From Hormiphora californensis (taxonomy: Eukaryota; Animalia; Ctenophora), in the NCBI GenBank assembly GCA_020137815.1, contig CM035351.1, forward strand, positions 1,240,001 to 1,304,000: 64,000 nucleotides of DNA, in the 5' to 3' direction. Below, one piece after another: positions 26,865 to 38,841 of the stretch (within the stretch, counting starts at the first letter, position 1; each line of letters starts with the position of its first letter). The position numbers and the translations under genes were made by a program. Under the pieces are notes generated by a model. That model was not told where the DNA came from and made no database searches. It saw only the letters and a program-made list of their open reading frames with translations.

Positions 26865-29137
26865 TGCTAAAACTCTAACTGGTTCAGGCGGCCCGTCAGG
26901 AGCGGACTCTGATCTCTGGAAACATATGCTCCTGTCCAAAAAACTCAGCCCCGCCTCAAACGAACTAGCACAGGCAATATCAACTTTCGCTATCAAATTA
27001 GCCACGGAAATAGTTAATCCTCTTCACCTTTCGGCATACGTTGCATCTAGACTTGTCCCTCTGAGCAAAAAACCATCTGGAATCCGCCCAATCGGGATTG
27101 GTGAAGTCTTACGCCGGCTAGTCGGCAAGGTGATTACCCGCTCACTGAAACCTAATATTGTTGAATCTACCGCCCCGATACAGCTATGTGCTGGGCTGGA
27201 GAGCGGAGTAGAGGCTGCCGTGCATGCAGCGAGAGAACTGTTTGAATCCGAGAAATGCGAGTGTGTGTTATTAATTGATGCAAGTAATGCTTTTAATTCC
27301 TTAAATCGAAATGCTGCTCTAAATAATATAAAATATGTTTGCCCTGAGTTTGAGCATTATTTAAAAAATACATATGGTTTAACATCTAACTTATTCCTAT
27401 GCGATGGAACTAATCATGAAATTATTAAATCTGCTGAAGGGACGACCCAGGGTGATACTGCGGCCATGTTTATGTACGCCAGCTGCCTTATGCCCCTTGT
27501 AATTTCATTGAAGGACATTGAACAGGTTACCCAGATATTTTATGCCGATGATGGCCTGGGCGGAGGGACTTTGGCTTCTGTGAATCAGTGGTGGGATAGG
27601 ATCAAACTGAAGGGACCTGAATACGGCTACCTACCCAATCCAGGAAAATCATGGTTGATTGTTAAACCTCACCTGGAGGACGAGGCAAAAGCCCTTTTCC
27701 CTGATGTTAACATTACCACCGAAGGGCAACGTTACCTGGGATCGTATATCGGAACAAAGGAAGGTCAGGACAAGTTTGTTCAGAAAGAGGTAGATAAGTG
27801 GGCCGCAGAAATAACATCACTTGCGGAGATTGCAAACAGTGAGCCCCAGCTTGCTTATACAGCATACACCATGGGAGTATCTAAACGGTGGTCGTATCTT
27901 ATGAGAACGACTCCAGGCATTTCTGATCAGTTGGGCCCGATTGAGGATTCAATTCTGCAGCAACTCATCCCTTCTATGACTGGACAACCTGTTATCAACG
28001 AGAGACTTCGATCTGTTTTCTCTCTTCCAGCGAGACTTGGAGGACTCGGGATTCAAAACCCTGTCGCTACATCGGATAGCGAGTACCATTTCTCCAAACT
28101 CATGACTGAAAATCTGTCTGCAGCTGTGCTGAACCAGGAAGATACGTTTACTGCAGATGATGTCAAAAACTCAGAGAACAAACTCATTGTGCGTCGAATG
28201 AAAAACGATCAACATCAGACGGCAATCGATCAAATAAAATCAAAATCGACACCAGAAGAGAAGAGGACCCTCGATCTCCTGGCCGAAAAGGGTGCATCCT
28301 CCTGGCTAACTTGTCTCCCACTAGAATCTCTTAACTTCACTCTAAACCGACAGGAATGGTTCGACGCTATCTCGGCTAGGTACAATCTCCCCCTTGTTGG
28401 CGAACCTCTACCAGATCAGTGTACATGCGGAGAAGCTAACAGTATCGATCATGCTATCTCCTGCAAGCTTGGAGGATTTGTTAACTACAGGCACGACAAC
28501 GTGAGAGACTTTATTGCGAAAGAGCTCAGCACTGTCGGCCTCGATACCAAGGCCGAACCTCACCTTCTCAACGTTCGGGGGACATCCCTTCCAGCTGGGA
28601 CCATTACAGCGGACGGGGCTCGCCTTGACATCAGAACCCGTGGACTCTGGTCAAGCTTAGACTGTACCTATTTTGACGTAAGGATTTTTAATCCAAGGGT
28701 AAAGTCTAATGCCAACCAGAGTATACAGAAGATCTATGAGAAGCATGAAACTGAGAAGAAGAAAGCTTATCTACAACGAGTTCTCCAGGTTGAGAAGGCG
28801 GTGTTCACTCCACTTGTCATGTCAACATCAGGCGGACTTGGTAGAGAATTTCAGAACACACTGAAACAGTTGGCCCACCGAAAATCTTCCAAAACTGGAT
28901 ATGAGCGCCAGGACTGTATTCGGTATCTCAGACTGCGCTTATCATTTGCGATGGTTCGCTCAATAACTGTATCGATTAGGGGATATCGGGGCAGGGGCAA
29001 GGCGGCTGCAAGTGACGCTGATGAATATTTATATCGTATGGACTAATTCCACAGTTATAATTTATTGATTCCATTGATTTCTACTGTATAATTTATTATA
29101 TATTTTATTTTAAGGCCGATATTGGCCGCCCCCCCCC
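26865..29137 (+). mobile_element. CRE-like non-LTR retrotransposon (RT + zinc knuckle + restriction-like endonuclease), 5'-truncated copy 1, poly(C) tail, 11-bp TSD
   Basis: IRPIGIGEVLRRLVGK, LIDASNAFNSLNR, GTTQGD, YADD, CTCG..DHAISC..RHD, ARLDI..FDVRIFNP, HETEKKKAY, FTPLVMSTSGG; TSD attttgacagc at 26854-26864 and 29138-29148. Confidence 0.9.
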
Positions 29138-29202
29138 ATTTTGACAGCGTAATTTTATGTGTTTCGAAGCGCCGCGCATGATTATTTTTGGATTCCACAA
29201 GC

Positions 29203-30228
29203 AGCTGTCTGAACCAGGAAGATACGTTTACTGCAGATGATGTCAAAAACTCAGAGAACAAACTCATTGTGCGTCGAACGAAAAACGATCAACATCAGAC
29301 GGCAATCGATCAAATAAAATCAAAATCGACACCAGAAGAGAAGAGGACCCTCGATCTCCTGGCCGAAAAGGGTGCATCCTCCTGGCTGACTTGTCTCCCA
29401 CTAGAATCTCTTAACTTCACTCTAAACCGACAGGAATGGTTCGACGCTATCTCGGCTAGGTACAATCTCCCCCTTGTTGGCGAACCTCTACCAGATCAGT
29501 GTACATGCGGAGAAGCTAACAGTATCGATCATGCTATCTCCTGCAAGCTTGGAGGATTTGTTAACTACAGGCACGACAACGTGAGAGACTTTATTGCGAA
29601 AGAGCTTAGCACTGTCGGCCTCGATACCAAGGCCGAACCTCACCTTCTGAACGTTCGGGGGACGTCCCTTCCAGCTGGGACCATTACAGCGGACGGGGCT
29701 CGCCTTGACATCAGAACCCGTGGACTCTGGTCAAGCTTAGACTGTACCTATTTTGACGTAAGGATTTTTAATCCAAGGGTAAAGTCTAATGCCAACCAGA
29801 GTATACAGAAGATCTATGAGAAGCATGAAACTGAGAAGAAGAAAGCTTATCTGCAACGAGTTCTCCAGGTTGAGAAGGCGGTGTTCACTCCACTTGTCAT
29901 GTCAACATCAGGCGGACTTGGTAGAGAATTTCAGAACACACTGAAACAGTTGGCCCACCGAAAATCTTCCAAAACTGGATATGAGCGCCAGGACTGTATT
30001 CGGTATCTCAGACTGCGCTTATCATTTGCGATGGTTCGCTCAATAACTGTATCGATTAGGGGATATCGGGGCAGGGGCAAGGCGGCTGCAAGGGACGCTG
30101 ATGAATATTTATATCGTATGGACTAATTCCACAATTATAATTTATTGATTCCATTGATTTCTACTGTATAATTTATTATATATTTTATTTTAAGGCCGAT
30201 ATTGGCCGCCCCCCCCCCCCCCCCCCCC
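29203..30228 (+). mobile_element. Same CRE-like element, more truncated copy 2, poly(C) tail, its own 11-bp TSD
   Basis: Nearly identical to ~28122-29137; TSD attccacaagc at 29192-29202 and 30230-30240. Confidence 0.9.
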
Positions 30229-31163
30229 AATTCCACAAGCTTCGACGAGAAAATCCAAACATTTTTGTGAAATTCGTGTAAAGTTCTACACTATCCCGTT
30301 AAGAACTACGGACTACGTTAAATTACCTAGACAAAGCCCTCGCCCAAGCGGGCCACGCGTAACCGCCTCACGGGGAAGCCCCATTCCAGACGAGGGGAGG
30401 AAGGAGAAGGGACTTGACCGGGGTTTTCACCACCGCGTGTATGTTGATCGTGATGTGATTCACCACCGGCCACCCCCTCGGGAGTCGGGGCCAATCATTC
30501 ATATTGCATTGACTATTTCGTTATGCGCCTATTGAGGGCCGAGGGGCTCGTAACATTATAACCAAGGTATAAGAACTATCTTTCGGTGTACGAGGAACAC
30601 GGCTTTAGAACTCCGTATCTCATGCAGTGAGAGATGTAAATGTAGAGGGACGAAGTACAAAAACGCAGGGTTTCTTGACAAGAAACCCTGTGTTTTTGTA
30701 CTCCGTCCCTCCACATTTACATTGATCACCACACCCAACGCAATGGGGACGGGAACTGGCCAGGAGTTATAGGCTGGGCATCCATGAACGGGTTTCAGGA
30801 GGATCCACATCAACCCAACACTATCGATGCAGTGAGAGAGTCAGCATTACTGCTCGAGTCGAAACAGTCCCTTGGGTCTTGGTGGCACCGTCACGTGGGC
30901 TTCGTTTTGGCGCGCTGCTCGCACGAGTTGTAAGGGTGACTGCGTCACCAACCTTGTGTCCAACTTAATCGCCATTCACGAACATCCACCTGTCCGTGGC
31001 TTCCGTGTCGATCACATTAACTCCTTGATCGATTGCAGAAAGGAGCCGAGCGTGTTCAACCTTCAATATTATCCAAAAGCGCTTCAACTCACCGTTTTGC
31101 AGTAGCAAAATTGAAACGCTTTGTAGTCTGACTAAACAACACTTTTCATTTTTAGTCCAAGTC

Positions 31164-34100
31164 ATGGCAACGGTTATCGGAAAAGTGGATACCCTTCACG
31201 ATGAGATGATTGTAAGTAAATCGTAACCGAGTTGTCTACAACAGAATAGTATAGCATTGCTTGACCACGTTTCCTGGATTTGAACAAAACCTGACAGCAG
31301 CACAAAAAGTTATAAACCATGTTTATTAGTTAATTACTATTTCATGAACTTTCTTCTTCAGCATGACGCCCAGATGGATATCTACGGACATCGCCTAGCA
31401 ACCTGCTCATCTGATCGTTCCGTCAGGATATTTGAGGTTGATAAGAATCAGCCACCTAAACCAATCGCCACACTAAACGGGTAAGAACCAGCTAATTCGA
31501 TTACAAATCTGGTGTGTTGTTGTCTCCGAGGATCACAGTCTACACCCCCCTCTCTGTTCAGACACCATGCCACTGTAATAATAACACCATTCATTTCTTG
31601 CGTTCAGACACCACGGCCCAGTATGGCAGGTATCCTGGATGCATCCCATGTATGGGGTGGTCCTGGCCTCCTGCTCCTACGACAAGAAGGTCATCCTCTG
31701 GAAGGAGAATGAGAGGGGAGAATGGAACAAGATGTTCACCCACGAGAAACATGCTGGATCTGTGAATTCCATCCAGTGGGCCCCACCTGATACTGGCTTG
31801 TACTTGGTGTGTGGGAGCAGTGATGGGACCATCAGTATTGTTCAGGGATTTGGAGAGGACAAGTTTGAATCCAGTCATGTCATCAACAATGCACACACTG
31901 TGAGTTATACGGGATAGGACGGGGATCACTGTGAGTTATACGGGATCAGGGACTTGTTACATATCATAGAGAGGGGTAACCGAGACCGATGGGTGTGGAG
32001 GGAGACAAGTGAGCTCTGGGGGACTATAGTCGACTAGAGATCTAGTTTTATCAGGACCACGAATAAAGCTAATTTTAATAATTTCCCTTCTTTTCAGACT
32101 GGTGTAAATGCTGTTAGTTGGGCACCCTCACACCCTGCAAGTACCACACTAGATGTAAGTAGTAACCCTTCTTTTATCTTCTTTCTAAACAAATGTTCAA
32201 ATCATGTCACAATTCTTAGTGATATTCAGATTTCCGTTATAATATGGGTGCGCTATGTTTGTTTAAATACTCTCTCCCTCTCTCCGTGTCGCTCAATTGG
32301 TACTCAGTACAAGATATTCTACCTGGAACCGACCGAATCAGGAAATACTGGTCCCTGATTGGCTGATAACCAGTCACGTGACCTAAATAACGAGTTCTGA
32401 TTGGCTGGTTGTTGTTGGTACTCAGTACAAGATATTCTACCACTACCTCTCTTATCCAATGAGATCATGCATATGTTATTTAATTTTTTAGATTGGCTGG
32501 GCGGGGTAAAACCACTAAATTAAATCGTCTACTGAGTCGATATCATCTTCACTTTTTTCTGTCATGATGTCCGTTTGGTTACCCTGCCTGCTAAGTTGCC
32601 TTCTATACCTTGTACACACAGAGGACCCAAGTCAAGTGTGTGACCCGAGGGAGTGTTCCAGTTACATTACCTCCATACCATCTGGGGCTCTCACCAATGG
32701 CTCCCTAATTATACCGCAATGCAAAGAAGAAGATGGAAACTGCAGCTATTCCTTGAAGATTGTACTTGAAGATGGGGAAACTGCACTTCAGCTAAACTTC
32801 AGTCGAGATGGGATCACTTTGGCTTCTGACAAGAATGTTAACATGGACGGTAACCCGATAGAGAAAACTGAGTTAACGGGGGATAACCTGGCAGCAATAA
32901 GAATGTTTTGGGACAGATCACAGTTTGGGATAGTTTACGGGGACACCCAGTACACCGAAAAACTGACATACCCTGAGTACGTGTCGGTGGATGAGGACGA
33001 ACTAGATTCTGGAAACTGGACCATTGTCTCAATGAGAGGTTGTGATGGTGTTACGGTGTGTAACTCTTGTGGGACACCCCGTATAGAGGCTCTGGTACAG
33101 AGAGGTGACACCGTTACGGCCACTGTTACATCTCTAGATGGCGTTATAGTGGACTGGTTTTATGATGGAGAGGAGATTGAGGGAGATCACCTAGAGGGAG
33201 GATACTACATAACGACTACCCTGGATGTAATTAATCTAAGAAACAATAGTGAAGTTACCATAACGGTAACTAATATTGTGACTGGTGAATCGTCCAACAA
33301 AAGTCTGGTACTATTTGATAATGATAAGGAAAGAAATGAAAACGCAACAGATACCCCGGATAACGATAAGGAAATCAATGAAAACGCAACATATACTCCG
33401 GATAACGATAAGGAAAGAAATGAAAACGCAACAGATACCCCGGATAACGATAAGGAAAGAAATGAAACCCCAACTGTGGAAGAGGAACCTGAGGGAAGTA
33501 CAATTTGGCATGTTCTAGTGCCACTAGTAGTGGGGTTCAGCTGTGTGGCGGTGGTGCTAGTTCTAGTGATACTGACTCTGATGTTTATCAGGAGGAACAG
33601 CATCATAACTAGACCGGACACAACCGATGGTAGGGTGGGTGGTGATGATGCTATCTATATAGATCTGACAGCGGTAGGAATAACACCTGGAAGGAGAGAG
33701 ACCCTAGAAGGACCTGGGGAGTATGTGGCAATGAGTGGGAGCTCCCCCCGACCAACCCCTAAATTATCTGAACCTGGAAGGAACCAAGAAGGAGATGGGG
33801 ATGAAGAGTGTGTGTCAATGAGTCAGAAGTCCCCTCGACCATCTCCTAATTTAGCCGACTATAGAAAGAAAAAGATGCTAGAAAAGTATGGAGATGGAGA
33901 TGGAGATGGAGATGGGGATGAAGAGTTTGTGTCAATGAGTCAGAAGTCCCCTCGACCATCTCCTAATTTAGCCGACTATAGAAAGAAAAAGATGCTAGAA
34001 AAGTATGGAGATGAAGATGGAGATGGAGATGGAGATGGAGATGGAGACTATGTGGCAATGAGTGGGAGCTCCCCCCGACCAACCCCTAAATTATCTGAAC

Positions 34101-37100
34101 CTGGAAGGAACCAAGAAGGAGATGGGGATGAAGAGTGTGTGTCAATGAGTCAGAAGTCCCCTCGACCATCTCCTAATTTAGCCGACTATAGAAAGAAAAA
34201 GATGCTAGAAAAGTATGGAGATGGAGATGGAGATGGAGATGGAGATGGAGATGGAGATGGAGATGGAGATGGAGACTATGTGGCAATGAGTGGGAGCTCC
34301 CCCCGACCAACCCCTAAATTATCTGAGCCTGAAAGGAACCAAGAAGGAAATGGGGATGAAGAGTGTGTGTCGATGAGTCAGAAGTCCCCTCGACCATCTC
34401 CTAATTTAGCCGACTATAGAAAGAAAAAGATGCTAGAAAAGTATGGAGATGGAGATGGAGATGGAGATGGAGATGGAGATGGAGATGGAGATGGAGATGG
34501 AGATGGAGATGGAGATGGAGATGGAGATGGAGATGGAGATGGAGATGGAGATGGAGATGGAGATGGAGACTATGTGGCAATGAGTGGGAGCTCCCCCCGA
34601 CCATAATCTGAACCTGGAAGGAGCGAGGGGATGGGACTCATGCGAATCTAGGCGGGACTTCCCCTCGACCACTCTCAATGTTCTCGGAATCTGTTTATGT
34701 GGAAATGAATCGGTGAAAACTCAAAATGAAACAATGAACACGCTTTGAGTTCGAATTAAAATCCCCTCTGATTGTCTATTATTTTTGTTTTATAAGGCCT
34801 AAGCTTGTAAGTGATTTTGGCGGAAGGTGAACCAGTCGTGTAGATAAGCGTGTAACATTTTATAGTGATATTCAGATTTCCGTTATAATATGTGTCCTAT
34901 GTTTGTCTCTCCCTCTCTCCGCGTCTCTCAATCCTTTGTTGGTACTCAGTACAAGATATTCTACCATGAACCGACCGAATCAGGAAATACTGGTCCCTGA
35001 TTGGCGGATAACCAGTCACGTGACCTAAATTACGAGTTCTGATTGGCTGATTGTTGTTGGTACTCAGTACAAGATATTCTACCACTACCTCTCTTATGCC
35101 ATGAGATCATATATGTCATTTTAGATTGGCTGGGCGAGGAAAAAACCACTAAATCGCGTACTGAGACGATATCATCTTCACTTTTTCTGCCATGCTTTCT
35201 ATTTGGTCACCCTGCCTGCTCAGCTGCCTTCTCTACCTTGTACACACAGAGGACCCAAGTCAAGTGTGTGATCCTGAGGGAAGTGTTCCAGTTACATTAC
35301 CTCCATACCATCTGGAGCTCTCACCAATGGCTCCCTAATTATACCGCAAAGCAAAGGAGAAGATGGAAACTGCAGCTATTCCTTGAAGATTGTACTTGAA
35401 GATGGGGAAACTGAACTTCAGCTAAACTTCAGTCGAGATGGGATCACTTTGGCTTCTGATAAGAACGTTAACATGGACGGTAACCCGATAGAGGAAACTA
35501 AGTTAACGGGGGATAACCTAAGAGCAATAAGAATGTTTTGGGACGGATCTCAGTTTGGGATAGTTTATGGGGACACTCAGTACACCGACAAACTGACATA
35601 CCCTGAGTACGTCTGGGTGGATGAGGACGAACTTGATGCTAGAAACTGGACTATTGTCTCTATGAGGGGTTGTGATGGTGTTACGGTGTGTAACTCTTGT
35701 GGAACACCCCGTATAGAGGAGCTGATACAGAGGGATGATGAAGTTACAGCCTCTGTGACATCTCTAGATGATGTTATAGTGGACTGGTTTTATGATGGAA
35801 AGGATATTGAGGAAGATCACCTAGAGGGAGGATACCACGTAACGACAACCCTGGATGTACCTAATAATCTAACAAACAATAGTGAAGTTACCATAACGGT
35901 AACTAATATTGTGACTGGTGAATCGTCCAACAAAAGTCTGGTACTATTTGATAATGATAAGGAAAGAAATGAAACCCCAACTGTGGAAGAGGAACTGGGT
36001 GAAAGTAACACAATTTGGTATATTCTAATGGGGTTCATCTGTACGGCAGTGGTGATAGTTCTATTGGTACTGACTCTGATGTATAAGAGACGGAACAGCA
36101 TCGCAACTAGACCGGCTACAACCGATGGTAGGGTGGGAGGGGATGATGCTATTTATGTGGAGCTGACAGTGACAGGAATAGCACCGGGAAGAAGAAAGAT
36201 CCTAGAAGGAGATGGGGAGTATGTGGCAATGACCTCCCCCCGACCAACCCCTAAATTATCTGAACCTGGAAGGATAAATGTCCTAGAAGGAGATGGGGAG
36301 TATGTGGCAATGACCTCCCCCCGACCAACCCCTAAATTATCTGAACCTGGAAGGATAAATGTCCTAGAAGGAGATGGGGAGTATGTGGCAATGACCTCCC
36401 CCCGACCAACCCCTAAATTATCTGAAGGAGATGGAGATGGGGAGTATGTGGCAATGACCTCCCCCCGACCAACCCCTAAATTATCTGAACCTGGAAGGAT
36501 AAATGTCCTAGAAGGAGATGGGGAGTATGTGGCAATGACCTCCCCCCGACCAACCCCTAAATTATCTGAACCTGGAAGGATAAATGTCCTAGAAGGAGAT
36601 GGGGAGTATGTGGCAATGACCTCCCCCCGACCAACCCCAAAATTATCTGAACCTGGAAGGATAAATGTCCTAGAAGGAGATGGGGAGTATATGGCAATGA
36701 CCTCCCCCCGACCAACCCCTAAATTATCTGAACCTGGAAGGATAAATGTCCTAGAAGGAGATGGGGAGTATGTGGCAATGACCTCCCCCCGACCAACCCC
36801 TAAATTATCTGAAGGAGATGGAGATGGGGAGTATATGGCAATGAGTAGGACCTCTCCCCGATGGCGATCGTTAGCCGACGAGATGAGGAGAAAGCTTCGA
36901 GAAAGGCATTTGCCTTTGGAGTATGAGGAAATGACCTCCTCCCGACCAACCCCTAAATTATCTGAACCTGGAAAGAGAAAGATGCTAGAAGGGGATGGGG
37001 AGTATGCGAATCTAGGTGGGACTTCCCCTCGACCACCCCCTATGACCTCAGAATCTGTTTATGTAGAAATGAACCGGTGAAAACTCTGTTTGCGGTGAAC

Positions 37101-38841
37101 AGTCAACAAATCAAAATGAACCAATGAACACACTTTGAGTTCGAATTATAATCCCCTGTGATAGCCTATTATTTTTATGTGTGTGTTTAATGCCTAAGCT
37201 TGTACAAAGTGATTTTGGCGGAACTTGAACCATTCATGTAGATTTAAAGTTTGTAACAGGTTTTGTTAGCACTGAGTGTTTATTTCGTTTTTCTCTCAAG
37301 TAACTACTGTTTCTAAACCTTTTTAACGGGTGACAACTAAAAATTGTTACTAATTTAAAATGGCTGTAGAATTTTTCCCTTTTGAGATACAGCTTCGGGC
37401 CAGTGATAGAACGATTTTGCAGACAATTTTGAATCAGGATAACATAACGGCCATGACTAAAACGTTCATTCTCATAGCGATATCGGATCATTTCCTCTTG
37501 CCCCACCAAAGCATATAGTACGGAGATTTGAAATTTCTATGTTATCAGAAACGACCTTCCCGATGAGATAGAATTCTCATAATTGGAAGTCTGGTTGTTC
37601 ATGCCATAACCAACATAACTGCCAAGTTTGAAGATTTTGGCTCATTGGGAAGTTGGGTTTCTACGGTCATTAATGTTTCGAGAGATGTCGAAATGGCGAT
37701 TTCTCAAATTACCTGTAAACTACGCTTTGTTACAGAAGATTCTGATCAGGAAATTGAGATATATGAAGTTTGAAGCAAAGTTAATTTCGTTCAAAATTGT
37801 CTGAAAAATCATTCTATCACTGTCCCGAAGCTGTATTTCGACCAGAACAGGCGCTAGAGGTGCTAGAAAAACGTGTAGATTTCACGGACTATATGCTTTG
37901 GTGGGGCAAGAGGAAATGATCCGATATCGCTATGAGAATGAACGTTTTAGTCATCGCCGTTATGTTTTTCTGATTCAAAATTGTCTGAAAAATCGTTCTA
38001 TCACTGGCCCAAAGCTGTATCTCAAAAGGGAAAATTTCTACAGCTGTTTTAAATTAGTAACAATTTTTAGTTGTCACCCGTTAATTCTAAATTCGACCAA
38101 CTTCACTGGACTTCACAAATACCTCAACCTCTGAATTACTTAACCCTACCTTCTCTCCCCGTCAGCCGAGCTCAAAAGACTACGACACCGTCAACAAGCG
38201 CTTCGTCTCCGGTGGAGGGGACAGTATGGTCCGAGTCTGGAAGTTCTCTGGGGAAGAGTGGGCTTGTGAGGCTGAACTGAAGGGTCATACTAACTGGGTC
38301 AGGGATGTTGCGTGGGCCCCTGATACAGGGTTCACAACTAGCACCATTGCTAGTTGTTGTCATGATGGAAAGGTGATTATCTGGCAGTGTAGTGATCTCG
38401 ATAAGGGAAACTGGGAGAGCAAGACCATGCATTCATTCGATGATGTTATATGGCATCTTAGTTGGTCCGTCATGGGTGATATTCTGGCAGTTAGTGGAGG
38501 AGACAACAAGGTACGTCCACATCTGTATCCATTTGGTGGATTCTCCACCAATTTTGTAGCTCAATCCCACGTCCACTTTTCCCACGGTGTCACAGTGTCG
38601 CTATAGCTGTAACGCGCGAAAACTCCAATGTGATGAAAGTTCAGCGGAGAATCAGTGCTCTGCCACGCGCGCTCTTCTACCACAGCACAGCCACCAAGTC
38701 AATGTGGTACCCGGGAGAGGGACGCCATGTGGCACCTTTACTGACCACATGTGTAACTCTTTACAGGTGACTCTGTGGAGGGAATCCCATAAGGGAGGAT
38801 GGATTTGTATCAGTAAACAAGATAGCAACGTTGCCAACTAG
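31164..38841 (+). CDS. SEC13: Protein SEC13 homolog (WD40), 6 exons: 31164-31211, 31362-~31480, ~31608-31899, 32098-32154, ~38166-38510, ~38767-38841
   Basis: [96 protein letters not shown]; GT-AG borders. Confidence 0.93.
32324..32414 (-). repeat. Short interspersed repeat (translates as [28 protein letters not shown]) flanked by a 27-bp direct repeat
   Basis: Flanked by ttggtactcagtacaagatattctacc at 32297-32323 and 32415-32441; homologous copies at ~34966-35056 and 41217-41296. Confidence 0.8.
32564..34716 (+). CDS. Nested intronless type-I membrane receptor-like protein, copy 1 (signal peptide, Cys-containing and Ig-like ectodomain, TM, Tyr-motif repeats)
   Basis: 680-aa ORF with hydrophobic N-terminus; [28 protein letters not shown] followed by RR; cytoplasmic YVAM/CVSM/FVSM repeats and (GD)n runs; the paralog's SVYVEMNR-stop end lies at ~34690-34716 past an early stop/frameshift. 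Confidence 0.75.
35192..37080 (+). CDS. Nested intronless type-I membrane receptor-like protein, copy 2, with 11 YxxM motifs
   Basis: Paralog of 32564-34716; ATG at 35192 with frameshifts near 35280-35350; [26 protein letters not shown] followed by KRR; [20 protein letters not shown] repeats. Confidence 0.75.
37327..38080. mobile_element. Non-autonomous DNA transposon, ~195-bp TIRs, flanked by TTAA
   Basis: ttaa|cgggtgacaactaaaaattg ... caatttttagttgtcacccg|ttaa; mirrored ORFs 37234-37509(-) and 37898-38134(+). Confidence 0.85.

Noticed and set aside
29149-30240. Simple tandem duplication or misassembly of the element's 3' end
   Set aside because: Each copy has its own distinct TSD and tail length, indicating separate insertions.
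26780-30300. Spliced-leader RNA gene as the target of the CRE-like insertions
   Set aside because: An Sm-like atttttgg (~29184) and a gtaag (~26800) are present, but I cannot see a recognisable leader exon or tandem SL array; unsupported without a search against this species' SL sequence.
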